From NCBI GenBank assembly GCA_964016885.1, contig OZ024742.1, positions 144,398,001 to 144,462,000 on the forward strand: a stretch of DNA of 64,000 bases. The letters run 5' to 3'. The notes beneath the pieces are model-generated. The model made no database searches. It was not told where the DNA came from and worked only from the letters and a program-made list of their open reading frames with translations. Shown here in pieces: positions 29,238-43,029 of this stretch. The position numbers were made by a program, and so were the translations under genes. Numbering within the stretch: position 1 is the stretch's first letter; each line of letters starts with the position of its first letter. This stretch comes from Eledone cirrhosa. Lineage: Eukaryota.

Positions 29238-29347
29238 TATCTTTATAGCATTATACTCTGCTCTATGTTGTATGGTTGTATGGTTGCATTGTATGCCGGT
29301 TGAGCACTCGATGCCCACATAGAGCAGAGTATAATGCTATAAAGATA
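29238..29347. repeat. 31-bp perfect inverted repeat ending in (TA)n
   Basis: 29238-29268 pairs with 29317-29347. Confidence 0.85.
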
Positions 29348-29488
29348 TATATATATATATGACCAATAGTTAGACAAGGTTCATTGATTAATCAATGAAT
29401 ATAGTTTTAAAATAAATTTGAAGCACTCAATAAAGAAGTTTTCTGGAGTTATTAATATTAATTCAAAATATTAATAAATATAAAATAT

Positions 29489-29552
29489 ATTTTATTATAT
29501 ATATTTCAGAGGTTCTGTGCTGTTTCCTCAGTACGTCGTCATCAGATAAAAT
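29489..29552 (-). ncRNA. Minimal hammerhead motif, left arm of A1
   Basis: attttat-CTGATGA-..-GAAA-tatata-TA-ataaaat; stem II partly decayed. Confidence 0.7.
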
Positions 29553-29795
29553 AAATTGTGCTGATGGTTCAATTCCAGTCTTGGCAGTGATTAGTTATGA
29601 CAAAACTCAATATTTATATACCATAAGCAGTAACATGAGAAACTACATATAATTGAGAGGGTACGTAGGGAAATGTGTAGAAAAAATAATTTAAATACAT
29701 ATATAGATAAGTAAAATACATAAACACATCAGAACATAACTGTTAAATATTTAAATAATTAAATATATAAATATCCGTATTAGAGAAAAAAAAAC

Positions 29796-29870
<75 letters not shown>

Positions 29871-30051
29871 AAATAGAGGAGAAAAGGAAAAGATAGAGAG
29901 ATGAAGATAAAAACGAAGAAAGGGAGATATAGATGGTATAAAATAATTACATAAGGAGAATAGAGGTATATGATGCGTGACCGTTTTTTTTTCAAATATT
30001 AAGTTAGGTAGAAACGATCAATTAAATACCGTGAAATTTTTACTCTATAAT

Positions 30052-30147
30052 ATTGTTTCTACTTTAGGCACAAGGCCAGCAATTCACCAGTACATTACTG
30101 GTACTTTATTTTATCGACCCCGTAAGGATGAAAGGCAAAGTTAACCT
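30052..30147 (-). mobile_element. 5'-truncated Nin-domain SINE
   Basis: Tail and core only. Confidence 0.8.
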
Positions 30148-30349
30148 ATAATATTAGAAAGAAATTATACTATTATATTATATCAAAATTAAAACAATAT
30201 AAAGTGATATAAGATAATATAACATATTTTCAAAGATAATCTGGAGCAAATTTAAATTAGTAAATACATTCAATAATTAAGTTATAAAATTCAAAATTCA
30301 AAATATTATTAACTAACAATGGTGCTTACAAATATAGTAAATATGATAT

Positions 30350-32868
30350 TGTAGTGAGAGTCGCCTCCCTTGTTATGACGTCAAGTAAAAGGCCTTTGCT
30401 AAGGGACAGTTGGATTGCAGCCTCCGAACTGATAACATCTTCCTAGGGATTCCCCATCAAAGGGCCTAGGGATCGACATGCATTCCGACCCTTTCTTACT
30501 GCTGTTTGCTAACATATAGCTCCAGGTATGAACTAACATTTATGCACACACCAATCCATCAATAAAACATTTGTTACGTTGATAAGCTCTGTTGTTTTTA
30601 CTCTGACACCAATGCATACACTACCAATAACTTCCAGTAATTCAATGGAGTCATAACATATAAAAAATGGAAGATATTCCCATCGGACATTGACTAGCTA
30701 TCCTCTGTAACTGATGACCATATATCTCCTAAAATGGTGACCTCCGACGATAAATCAAGAAAACGCAGCCTATTTAATTTCACCATTCGCTTTAATGGTA
30801 ACATCGAATGACTTATTAAACTGTTGATTCGCGCAGACAAATAAAACGAACACACAGACACACGTTGAATTTTTCGTTTGGACAAACTTTTTCTCACCTA
30901 CGTGACGCTATTTCGGACAAAAAAAATATTCCTCTAACAACATTTGACATGGATTTTTCCTCCGACACTGTCTACAACGAAAAATAGAAGTAATCTTTTT
31001 CTCAGCAGCAAACAAACAAGAAAAAAATGTTGCTCTTCACCTCACGTCGCGTTTTTTTTCGGACAAAAGAATCCTCCCAGCAATTTTGGACATCTCCAAC
31101 TAATTCATAAATTCTCTCCGAAACAAACAAACACCAAACTCACGTGTTTACATCGTTTAAATGTGTTTCACTCACTGGATATATCCTTCGTTCTTCTCAC
31201 CACGAACACTCAAAAAAGACTTGGACTCCTGTATTCTTATATTCAACATGTCAATTTTGATGAACATCACAGCTCGCTTACTCATTCAACTAAGCCCTTT
31301 TCGCTACTTGTTCATCACTTTCACAAAAAAATCGAACTCTCGCAACATTTTTTATACAAAGTGAATAAAACCTTTCCTTCTTTTTCATCATATTGTCACG
31401 TTCACACACACATTTTTCAAAATGGCTGCCAACGACCTGTTCCACTATCATTTTCGACAGACATCTCGTGACGTCATAAATGCTTACATTTTCAGGACGG
31501 CCATCTTTGCAAAAGACGGCCATCTCGCGCAAAAGAAATATATATATTATTTTATTCAACTTGACTTTAACCTTGTTTCGGCACGTGTGTGGGGGCACAT
31601 ATCTCGACTCACTGAGATAACACACGCTATAGATAATGTTTCTTGCCAAGGATTCTCCAGCCTTAAGCTATATTCTCGTATGTGCCGGTTTAAAAATGTA
31701 CCATGTAAATTTGGCCTTGAAAACTGCGTATTTATTCAGAATGCTTGTTTCTGTGGTCGCTGGCCTCTTGACTCATCCAGGTCAATGCGTTCTCAACATC
31801 GACCATCAACTTTGGCTGTTATTTCTAGCACTTTGCGCAACTCATTTTTTCTGGGAAACCTTTTACTATGAATTGAAACAACTTCGAAAAGGCTATCTCA
31901 CTCAGCGAGACAACAACATCAACAACAACAACAGCTTCCTCCGTGTTCTACCAACAACTAAAACCAGCAGAACCGACTAGAGAATTTATTTTTGCAGTTC
32001 TCTTCCTGTGAGAAAATTCCCACCAGCCTTCGGAGGTTGGGAATTTTACGTTTGAACACAGAACAGAAAATAACTGCATACATTCTCTCTGGAAATTGTT
32101 TTTTCAACCCTGTTCTTCTGCCGCAATTTATGCTTACATACCTGTGAACTTTATTTTGAACATTTGAACTTTGTTTATAGTTATGTTTGAGCACGTTTCT
32201 TTGCTCCTTTGACCTCTTCTTTTAAGGTGGTTACATTGTATCTTTGTGTGATGGATAGATAGATGTCCAGTCGTTCTCTGGCCAAGAGCGGTTGGCTACC
32301 TTGATATCTATCATTAATTTTTGTATGCTTATGTTTTGCTGTTTGCTTTTGTTGCAAACATTATTATTTTTTTTGATAACTTTCATATCTGGTTTTTCGT
32401 ATAACTTGGCTCGCCATCTCACTGCATGCATCGTCCGTTGTATCGATTTTTTCTTCGTAAAAATCTGGCGGGAGATAATGTAGTGAGAGTCGCCTCCCTT
32501 GTTATGACGTCAAGTAAAAGCATGGCCTTTGCTAAGGGACAGTTGGAATGCAGCCTCCGAACTGATAACATCTTCCTAGGGTCTCCCCATCAAAGGGCCT
32601 ATGGATCGACATGCATTCCGATCCTTTCTTACTGCTGTTTACTAACATATAGCTCTAGGTATGAACTAACATTTATACACACACCAATCCATCAATAAAA
32701 CAATTGTTACGTTGATAAGCTCTGTTGTTTTTACTCTGATACCAATGCATACACTACCAATAACTTCCAGTATATACAATGGAGTCATAACATATAAAAA
32801 AATGGAAGATATTCCCATCGGACATTGACTAGCTATCCTCTGTAACTGATGACCATATCTCTTCTAAA
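30350..32868 (+). mobile_element. Non-autonomous LTR retrotransposon (Gypsy-like), 2.5 kb
   Basis: Direct LTRs 30350-30733 and 32479-32868 (TGTAG...CTAAA), PBS TGGTGACC at 30735, purine-rich ggcgggagataa before the 3' LTR, 4-bp TSD ATAT, no intact ORF. Confidence 0.88.
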
Positions 32869-33598
32869 ATATTATTAAACTTAACTTACTTAGATATTAG
32901 CGTCTGTATAAGCATTTTATATAAACAATACTATTTAAATCGATATTTATCTATTTCATATATGATTAGTTATTAGTTATATTTACACTTGAGAGTATTA
33001 ATATTTCGATTCAACCAAATTGTACTGTATTCAATACTATAAATTAAGTTCAATACAGGTTATTACTCAATTTAGATAAAACGAAACTTAAACACGATAA
33101 ATGTAAACAATATCTTCGTACAACGTATCCAAACGTTTAAATTAAATTAAACGGTTTAAAAGTCTGAAGATATTACAGATCCCAAATTTATAAAATACAG
33201 GATTTAAAAAGAGGATTCTAAATCGAAACTAAAGGTATTTAACCAATCAAGAGATTATCATACTACCTTTCTTCGTTTTTATCTTCATATCTCTATCTTT
33301 TCCTTTTCTCCTCTATTTAGCTCTCTTTCTCATTTGTTTTTTTCTCTAATACGGATATTTACATATTTAATTATTTAAATATTTTACAGTTATGTTCTGA
33401 TGTGTTTATGTATTTTACTTATCTATATATATGTATTTATTTTATTTTTCTACACATTTTTCTACTCACCCTTTCAATTATATGTAGTTTGTCATGTTAC
33501 TGCTTGTGGTATATAAATATTGAGTTTTGTCATAACTAATCACTGCCAAGACTGGAATTGAACCATCAGCACAGTTGAGGTATGTCAGACATCAATTT

Positions 33599-33662
33599 AT
33601 TTTATCTGATGACGACGTACTGAGGAAACAGCACATAACCTCTGAAATATATATAATAAAAT
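33599..33662 (+). ncRNA. Minimal hammerhead motif, right arm of A1
   Basis: attttat-CTGATGA-cgacgtactg..-GAAA-tatata-TA-ataaaat. Confidence 0.7.
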
Positions 33663-33721
33663 ATATTTGATGACATGAATGTCTATATTTATTAATATTT
33701 TGAATTAATATACATGTATAT

Positions 33722-33820
<99 letters not shown>

Positions 33821-33836
33821 AATATATATATATATA

Positions 33837-34838
33837 TGTCGGACAGGTGCGAAACGCGTCCTCCGCTGTTTGTTGTTTTGAATATCTGAGGTATTCGGCA
33901 GAGCGCGCGTGCGCGTGAAATGGGGTCGGTCGGGCAGAGGTCAGCGGCCGAATGAGGGAGTGGGGTGGCGCTAGCTGTCAGTCCATTCTCTGCCTGTTTG
34001 TTAAATGTTACTGTGTGTGCGTGTGCGTGTTGTTGTTGTCTCGCTTCAGTGTGTGTGTGTGTGTGCGTGTGTAGTTGCCTTGTTCCTCTGTATTGGCAGT
34101 GTAGTATGTTCGTATGGTGGAATGCTACTGTGTGTGTGTGTGTAGTTATCTCGTTTGTGTGTGCGTGTGTTGAGTGTTGCAACATCGTTTGTTAACTTAA
34201 AATTCCACATCTGGGCGAGAATACCACCAACGCTATCCGCAAGGCTATACGGAGGGAGGGCCTCGACATCCACCTGGTCCACTCGGGTACCTCCCTGCGA
34301 AGATGCCTCTCCAAGAAACCCGGGAAATCTACTGACGCATGCTCCCTCAGAGACTGCCCGATACGCCATGCGAACTGTTGCCTACGCACATACGTCGTGT
34401 ATAAGATAGAATGTGACAGGTGCAACCAATACTACATAGGTAGCACAATCCGACCTTTGCACATCCGGATCAAGGAACACACTAAAACCAGGGCCTCGTC
34501 TTTCCGGAAACACATAGACAAATGCGGAAACAAAGAAGGAAGGCACATTGTTACAATTCTAGCGACTCAAAGAAACGTCGGCACGTTACGTATCAAGGAA
34601 GCACTTTTTATCAAACGCCTGCAACCGCAAATAAACAACCGATTAGAGAGAAGCGAAATGAGATGGCTGGTTTAAGTTAACAAACGATGTAGTAACACAC
34701 AACACACGCACACACAAACGAGACAACTACACACACACACACAGTAGCATTCCACCATACGAACATACTACACTGCCAATACAGAGGAACAAGGCAACTA
34801 CACACACACACACACACACACTCAAGCGAGACAACAAC

Positions 34839-34877
<39 letters not shown>

Positions 34878-34967
34878 CATTTAACAAACAGGCAGAGAAT
34901 GGACTGACAGCTAGCGCCACCCCACTCCCTCATTCGGCCGCTGACCTCTGCCCGACCGACCCCATTT
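33837..34967 (+). mobile_element. 5'-truncated Penelope-like element with inverted pseudo-LTR
   Basis: IR 33917-34201/34671-34967 encloses a GIY-YIG coding segment; left end in (TA)n. Confidence 0.88.
34202..34675 (+). CDS. Penelope-like linker plus GIY-YIG endonuclease (partial)
   Basis: Open frame IPHLG..CSLRDCPIRHANCC..VVYKIECDRCNQYYIGSTIRPLHIRIKEH..KEALFI..QPQIN. Confidence 0.88.
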   Translation: MPHLGENTTNAIRKAIRREGLDIHLVHSGTSLRRCLSKKPGKSTDACSLRDCPIRHANCCLRTYVVYKIECDRCNQYYIGSTIRPLHIRIKEHTKTRASSFRKHIDKCGNKEGRHIVTILATQRNVGTLRIKEALFIKRLQPQINNRLERSEMRWLV

Positions 34968-35133
34968 TTCTGCCTTGAATTATTGTGACTTCTCGATTCC
35001 GGATTTTGCATTTCTTCTTTCTTCATGGATGTTGAGGGAAATTTGTGTTGTTTTCCCGTTGTTCTGAACATCTAACACGCGTTGCATTTCTTTACTTGGA
35101 CATCATTTAGTATTTTTTATGTGGAACTGATAC

Positions 35134-35930
35134 ATGCTAATGATGAGTAGTCCTAATTTACCTGCGTTCTTCTCCGGTGATCCCAAGCTCTGGTTTGCAC
35201 AACTGGATGCATATTTTGCTGCAAATGGAATTAAAACAGAGCAGAAACTCAATGTTTTGATTAGTGGTATACCTTCGTCGCTCGCCACCACGGTGAAAGA
35301 TTTAATAACGGACCCGCCAACTGGTACTTCGGATGATTCGTTGAGGACGGAAATATTAAGGAGAAACTGCCGTTCTGCTGAAAGCAGGTTTCGTGCATTG
35401 TTGGAGGACGAGTGTTTAGGCGACAGGTCGCCGTCCGAATGTTTACGCCACATTCGCGACCTCAGTGAATCGCCCGATGAGGATAGTTCATTTATCAAAA
35501 AGCTATTTTTTTCTCGCTTGCCAAACAATGTACAGATTATATTGGCTACCATAGTGGACTCGAGGTCGGTGGAGCAGATCGCTGCGTCTGCCGTCGAATT
35601 GTGGAATTCTCTAGGAAAGCTACCTTGTCGGACTCGCTTGTTGCCTCTTCGACTTTTCGCAACCAACCCGTCTCGACACACGAGAATGCCATGTTGAAGG
35701 CGATTGACGCATTGACGCCTCAAGTCGCGAAATTATGTAGGGAGAGTAGGCCATCTCCCAGGCGACCAAGAAGTCGTTCGCGTTCCTTCGCGACTTCACG
35801 CCGTAATGCCAGCTTGCCCGCCAGCAATTCGTCTTTTTGCTGGTATCATGCGACCTTCTTTGATAAAGCAAAACACTGCCGGCCACCGTGTAACTATTCA
35901 ACTTCGGGAAACGCAGACCAGAGTCACTGA
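35134..35930 (+). pseudogene. Gypsy-type gag relic (frameshifted)
   Basis: LPAFFSGDPKLWFAQLD, LGDRSPS, FFSRLP..VQIILA, CWYH..F..KAKHCRPPC; PPT ggaggagggcta followed by TGTAG LTR start at 36371. Confidence 0.85.
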
Positions 35931-36660
35931 AAGCGGCAGCTGATCTCTATGCTCACACACCTGAGCCACATACACCCCCATCTTTCTCTTTTGCACACAC
36001 ACCTGTTTCTCCCCCCCCCCCATCCCCAAGATACAAGACCACGACCCGTTCCGGTCGAAGAGTTCACTGACCCAAAGAACTCTTCCAAACTTTTATTATA
36101 TGAATTGGCCACTAGAGCCTTTTTGGAAACAAACTGTGTCAAACTGTGTACATTTAAGCTGCCCTTGTTGCAGCCCTTTGCTTTCGTCTTTCTTACGATT
36201 TGTTGCACTTTATTGATTGTTTTTCATGTTTCTGTTGTTACATTTTTGCGTGCCTCGCCTTTTGTTTGCTGCTTGTGCAAACATTTCTTTTGTTTATTAC
36301 CTATCTTTGCTTTGCTTCTCACTACATATGTTTACTTCTTCATCGATTGGTCATCTGGAGGAGGGCTATATGTAGCGAAGCGACACCTATGGTGTGATAG
36401 CTCTGACGTCACATACGGACATCATAAAAGTAACACAGACACTCCGGCAAAAAAATGCAGAGCGACAATACGCATTTTTCTTGGACCTGATTGTACAAAC
36501 ACGCACCAGCCATCCGTATTCTTCTGAATATTTTTGCAAGTCATAAGAACACAAATACACGTCGTCTAAAATTATAACAGATTCGAAGCACTCTACAGTT
36601 TTCCTGGAGTATAATATCAATGATATTAATAAATGGAAACTATATTTATAAAACCATATT

Positions 36661-36726
36661 TATTTTATTATATATATTTCAAGGGTACCAAAAAAAAACT
36701 TTGGTACGTTCTCATCAGATAAAATA
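36661..36726 (-). ncRNA. Minimal hammerhead motif (family B, mirror copy)
   Basis: Reverse complement of 36865-36930. Confidence 0.75.
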
Positions 36727-36864
36727 CAAAATTTGTTTTATAAATAGTGACATACCCGATAAGCCAGACCTTATCGGTTCAGGTTCCATTTGGATATCCA
36801 AATGTAACCTGAACCGATAAGGTCTGGTTTATCGGGTATGTCACTATTTATAAAACAAATTTTG

Positions 36865-36930
36865 TATTTTATCTGATGAGAACGTACCAAAGTTTTTTTT
36901 TGGTACCCTTGAAATATATATAATAAAATA
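36865..36930 (+). ncRNA. Minimal hammerhead motif (family B)
   Basis: tattttat-CTGATGA-gaac gtaccaaa..tttggtac cctt-GAAA-tatata-TA-ataaaata. Confidence 0.75.
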
Positions 36931-36973
36931 AATATGGTTTTATAAATATAGTTTCCATTTATTAATATAATTG

Positions 36974-37010
<37 letters not shown>

Positions 37011-37093
37011 ATATCCCCCACCTCTCACTCTCAAGCCTGAACCTAATACCAAAACCGTTCGTACTGTTATTGTTTTTGTTTTTTGTTTTTTTA

Positions 37094-37172
<79 letters not shown>

Positions 37173-37832
37173 CGTAGAAATGTCTTTCTTCTACAGGACT
37201 AAAATTGTTCCATTCGTACGAAATCCTCACCAACAATACCAACTGGGAATGTTAACGAACCAATGCAAATGTTCAAAATGTCTGCCCGTGAACTATGTTA
37301 TTGTTGCATGATATGGCCTACGAGTTCGCTCCCTTGTGTCAACTGAACCTTCTGATTCTTTGACAAGAAGACTTCCATCAATTTTACCGAATCATCTTAT
37401 GCAGCCCTTTTAAAGCAAGATGTCTTTTCAAGCAACACTCCTATAGATATAATCGTAGTTGTTCATTGAACTTCTAACTCAACAAGTGTAGGTGAGTGAG
37501 ATTAGCTTTCGTGGAAATAGAGTACGTTTCCGTGGACTGCGAGAGATCCCTCTATAGAAAGAAAGATTTGAGTGTTTGGCAAAGATAAAGCCATTTCGAG
37601 GTACATCAAAGGGTTACCATTAGGATCAGTTGCTTTGTTGAACTTGAGTTATCAGAGAACGTGTTATTGTGTTGTTACTGTTATAGTTTAGCTCTATATC
37701 ATATCTTTTCAAGTAGACCTATGGTTAAAGGTGTTTCAGTTGCGACACCACCGTTTTATATTCAAATATAATGTATTTAAGATTACATTATCCCATGAGT
37801 TCTTCCCTTTTAAAGGCAGTAATATGCGATTT

Positions 37833-37995
37833 AGGCGGTGAATTGTCGTTAGAACGTCGTTAGAACGTCGGATAGAATGCTTTATCGTATTCATTCCGGC
37901 TCTCTGCTCTCTGAGTTCAAATCCCGCCGTGGTCAACTTTGCCTTTCGTCCTTTCGAGGTCGAAAAAGAGTACCAGTCTAGTACTGGGTCGAATT
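37833..37995 (+). mobile_element. Nin-domain SINE, 3'-truncated
   Basis: B box gagttcaaatcc plus gcctttcgtcctttcgaggtcga core. Confidence 0.75.
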
Positions 37996-40035
37996 TTCGT
38001 CTATATTTCTTTCTCATGTCTGCTCTCTCACTTTCTATCTTTCTTTGGAAGAAATCTGCTGTATTCAGGCCTGGAGAGAGAAGGGCTCCGCCATGCTTAA
38101 AATGCCCAAGAAACGCCGTATGTCAATACGGCGCCCCTACGACTCTACCGGGAGTTACAGGACCATACATACAATATGCGATTTAGAGAGTCAAATTAAA
38201 TCCCTCGCGATACTTGTTTAGGCCCTCTGCATGCTGTGTTCAAATTTCGTAAATAAAGTATCATCCGGGTCTGGCAGAATTGTTAGAGCACTGAACGTGA
38301 TGCCTTTGAGTATCATTTTCAGCCATTTGCTACCTAAAATCATCTGTGACGTCACTGGTACGAAGCGCTATTAGTTTTTTTTTTATCTTTCACTGAACGT
38401 CAAGATGACTCAAACTACTCGCGTTTCTCAATGTGAATGCAACAACTTCATCACTATCGCTATTGTAGTCACTGTTCTGTTATTTTAAAAAAGAAATTCT
38501 TAAAACGCGTTTGCTATCAGTTTTATGACTAATTCAACACAACATACACAATGGGTTCTCTGTAGGTTTTGACGATGAGCATTTGGTTGTTCAAGTAAAC
38601 TAACTAAATGATAATCAATGAAATATTAAGAATCGAATGACGGTTTGTGCCAGGCAAATATCAATTCAGTAATGAAAGGAAAACAGTAAGATATGGAAGT
38701 GAGGAGAAGAAATAACAAACATTTCAACCAGGTTTTTTTTTTCAGAGGAGAAGTAATTAAATAACAAAATCACTTGTTTCACATTCGCATAATTTAACTA
38801 AATAGATTTATATTTTTTAGATTATTTTCATAGTATAATCTGAGCAAAAAGAGTAACGCCTTTGACCTTTTTCAAGACTCATTCCTGCGAAGATTTAGCC
38901 AACCTCCCACAAGAGTGTACCTTTTAGGAGGTTTCTTGTGTGTTTTAATGGTAGGCGCTTCAGTTCAATCATAATACCATTTTCCGGTGACAGGAGGTAT
39001 AATACTGCAAAACCGACACTGAAAAATAATTTTTTTACTCAAAGCGTATGTTTATCCCTTTTATAAGGTGTGATTTGAAGGAGATTTCTATTGCTATTTC
39101 TAGATGAAGCGACCGTGTTTCAGCAGCATATCGATTTGACTATTCATACCCAAACAACTTAATTTCTTTAGCTCAATATTTAAATAAAACCATTAAAGAG
39201 TAATGAATAAAATTAACTCTAAGCATCAAGATATATCATGTTTTTCTCTCTTAATTTTTTTTCCTTTACTGTAAGAGATTGTTTTATTGAAAACATTCTC
39301 CCTCGGGATCATTCTTTTGGCTTAAAATAGAAAGAAAAAAACATTTTTCTATCAGTAAAAGACACTTCTATCTTACAAAATTGGTACAATATCCTCTTCA
39401 CGAAATTGAAATGTCAATTGTTTAGAGTACTGATTAAAATATGCTAACTAGCTAACTAAAGCCACAAAGAATCATTCTAAACAAAATGTTTTCCTAAAAA
39501 AAAGTTACTGTGTGATATCTGGCTTCGTTTTTGACAGCTGCGGATATAAGGAAGAGAAAGCATTCTTCTGTTCAGGTTTCGCCAGACATGTTTTCGAAAT
39601 TTAGCTTTCAAAGTTTTCTATTGTATGGAAGTGAAAAGATATTGTGATATGTAGAAATTACATAGAGAGTGAAGGAAATACCCCATAAAATAGAGATAAC
39701 TTTAGCAGTAACAAGCTAATATTAATTCTTAAAGAACTCCTACTCAATGACACACATATAAACACATCTATACGTACATACACATATGAATACTATAACT
39801 CGCACAGAACCCGTAGAAATGACGGGGTTTATAGTAGGAAATATTTAATCTAATAATTCCTTGATTACAGAATGCTATGTAAAGATACTTCAAACCTCGA
39901 TTTTTCTTAACTTTCTTTCTCTCGTCACTCCGACAATCGCAGCATTTCATTTTACATTCATTTAAATCAATTACAATATAAAGAGTATCAAACCTATAAC
40001 CACTAAATTATTATGACTTTGTTCTACCTATACCG

Positions 40036-40174
<139 letters not shown>

Positions 40175-40193
40175 TCTATCTATTTATCTATCT

Positions 40194-41395
40194 TTCCAGT
40201 TTCTGTGGAAGAAGCAGGCTCCGCTGGTGAGGAGATCCGTCTGCTGTCAGCACCCTTCCAACGGAGGGCTGGGAATGCCGTGGCTGATGATGCGCAAACA
40301 TGCGCTGAGGCTGCGGCATCTCCAGGTATTCCTCACCGAGCCCCAACCGGTGTGGGCACCGTTTGTGAGACAGGCTTTCCCACAGCTCGTCTCGCTAACG
40401 GAGCTGCAGTCCTGGGTGAAGAAAAGACCGAAAACGATGGGCGCCTGGCACATTGAATGCGCTCAGGCGCTCACAGTCCTCTGGCAAGCGGGCGCAGCAA
40501 CCAGTGGAGACTCCACTTCGACATTCTATAGAAGGATTGTACGTTACAAGGGCGACGACGTGCTCGGAGAGACTCTGGGCATCGAAGACGATGAGCTCAC
40601 CAGTCTGTTTGGTAGGACTTTCCGCCCGGGACCTATGGACAACTTCCAGAGGTCCCTGGCCTGGCAGTGCTACCGAGGAGCTCTACCGGTTCGTGACAAG
40701 ATCTACAGGCACGGACGCCCTGGCAGGGATCCTTCCAAGAGGACGTGTCCAAGATGTGCGCAGGACATTGAAACAGTTCTGCACGCAATTGTACACTGCC
40801 CGGGCGTAAGCGACCTGTGGAACTATGCAGAACAACTGCTGTCGCGTATGGGACAAATACAGTTGACTGCCGAGTCCATAGTAAGGATCAAACCGCCAGA
40901 CTCTTTCAAAAACGAAAGAGAGGCGGTTTTCCTCTGTACGGTGGCTATGGTGAAAGAAGTTATATGGTGGACGAGGTTGAGAGGACTGAGGACAGATGCC
41001 TTTCTCTCCGGACAACAATTGATTCCCTTCTTTAAGTATCACTTTATAAGGAGAATCAGGGTGGAGAGAGAGGCACTGCACCCCAGTAAATTTACTGAAA
41101 GGTGGGTGAATGAAGCGAAAATGGCCCGAGTGATTGGACCTTCTCTGTTTATAAGCCTGTAGGTTGAGGAAGAGAGCAAAAGGAAGAAAGGACCACTTGC
41201 ACAACACGCTCCTCGAGTTGAGGGTTGTTCTATCGACGGGGTATTAAACAACCCATTTGTGGCGCCTCCCCCCTATTGGGGATTTCGATTGTTGAAATTG
41301 TTTGTTTTTATATTTTTTACACGACTGTATGTAAAATCCCCGGCATGTCTTTGTATTGTCCCCTTTCTTGTTGCGCCCTTGTGGCTAATAAAGAA
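40194..41395 (+). mobile_element. L1/Tx1-clade LINE 3' fragment in (CTAT)n
   Basis: Open frame 40194-41162 with [28 protein letters not shown] (zf-RVT-like); AATAAA at 41387 then (ATCT)n; (CTAT)n on the left. Confidence 0.85.
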
Positions 41396-41725
41396 ATCTA
41401 TCTATCTATCTATCTGTCTGTCTGTCTGTTTACGCCTGCTATTGCGATTTTGGTATTGTTGTTATTATTGTTATTGTCCGAAGACAGACATACTGGTAAA
41501 TATACACGAATAACTGTAGATTGAGAGTGAGACAAATAGATAGACAAGCAGGCATATAGAAAGTTAGGTAGGTAGGTAGGTAGATAAATATACAGATATG
41601 TAGTTAGATTGATAGACGGTTTGGTACATACATAAATAGATAGATGAGTAGATAGGTAGACAGACAGAAAGTACGGAGATAGAAAAATAGATAGATAAAT
41701 AGATATGTAGATTTAGATAGATATC

Positions 41726-42670
41726 TTTCTTTATTTGCCACAGGGGCGTACAAAAATGGGACATTACAAGGCGTGACGGTGGGGGTTTTACATAAAATCT
41801 TTAACAGTGATAAATAACTAAACTATATAAAAATAAAACACTTGAAATCCCCATTAGGAAGAGAGAGGGGTAACGTTACTGCGGGGTTGTTTTACACTCC
41901 GTGGATAGAACAACCCTCAACACCAGGAACACGTTTTGTAGGTGTTCACGTCTTTCCTCTGTTTATCTTCCTCAACCTACAGGTTTATATACAGAGAAAG
42001 ACCATTCACCCGGTCCATTTTCGCCACATTCACCCACCTTTCAGCGAATTTACTGGGGTGTAGCACCTCTCTCTCCACTCTCACCTTCCTTCTGAAGTGA
42101 TACTTAAAGAAGGGGATGAGTTGTTGTCCGGAGAGAAAGGTGCTTGCCCTCAGTCCTTTTAACCTCACCACCATATTACCTCTTTCGCCATAGCCACCAG
42201 ACAGAGGAAAACCGCCCCTCCTTCATTCTTAAATGAAGGCGGCGGGTTGATCCTCACGATGGACTCGGCTGACAACTGGATGCGTCCTACACGTGACAGT
42301 AGCTGTTCGACATAATTCCACAGGTCGGTCACCCCTGGGCACTGAACAATTGCGTGCAGAACGGTTTCGATGTCCTGCTCGCATCTTGGACAGGTCCTTT
42401 TGGCAGGATCTCTGCCAGGGCGTCCGTGACTGTAGATTTTGTCTCGAACTGGTAGAGCTCCTCGGTAGCACTGCCAGGCCAGAGACCTCTGGAAGTTATC
42501 CATAGGCCCTGGACGGAAAGTCCTCCCGAACAGATTGGTCAGTTCGTCCTCCTCGATGCCTAGAGTTTCCCCGAGATCGTCGTCGCACTTATCCTCCACT
42601 AATCCCTATAGAATGTCTCCGCTGATTGCCCCGCTTGGTAGAGGGCTGTGAGCGCCTGAAGGCACTCGAG
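41726..42670 (-). mobile_element. Sister Tx1 3' fragment, convergent orientation
   Basis: Protein closely similar to the 40227 ORF, with frameshifts; both ends in GATA-type repeats. Confidence 0.85.
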
Positions 42671-42700
42671 GCAGATAGATAGAGGTACAGGTAGGCAGTC

Positions 42701-42756
<56 letters not shown>

Positions 42757-43029
42757 TGTGTGAGTGAGTGTGTGTGATAGAGAGAGAGAGAGTTAAACAA
42801 ATTGAGATATATAGATAGAAAGATAGAGGGACAAATATATCGATAGATAAATAAATAGACAGATAGACACATCGATTGAAGAAGAAGAAGAAGAAGAAGT
42901 GTAACTGGTCGATATTCAATAAAAACATAACCATGTAAACGAAACTTCATCGTTTTCTTTTATTATACACACTCTGCCTATGCTTCAAATGTTCATATTG
43001 GTACCACCACCAGTAATTCACTGAATAAC

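Larger units (their letters stand above)
29361..33711. mobile_element. Non-coding fold-back element (family A1) with ~450-bp inverted arms, hammerheads and a nested LTR element
   Basis: IR 29455-29923/33266-33711; extra tail 29361-29454; (TA)n on both sides; homologous to 43330-46041. Confidence 0.85.
36614..36977. mobile_element. 364-bp near-perfect palindrome with two outward-facing hammerheads (family B)
   Basis: Centre at 36795/36796 with few mismatches; left flank shares the gaagcactc..ggagt tail motif with family A; right end in (TA)n. Confidence 0.88.
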
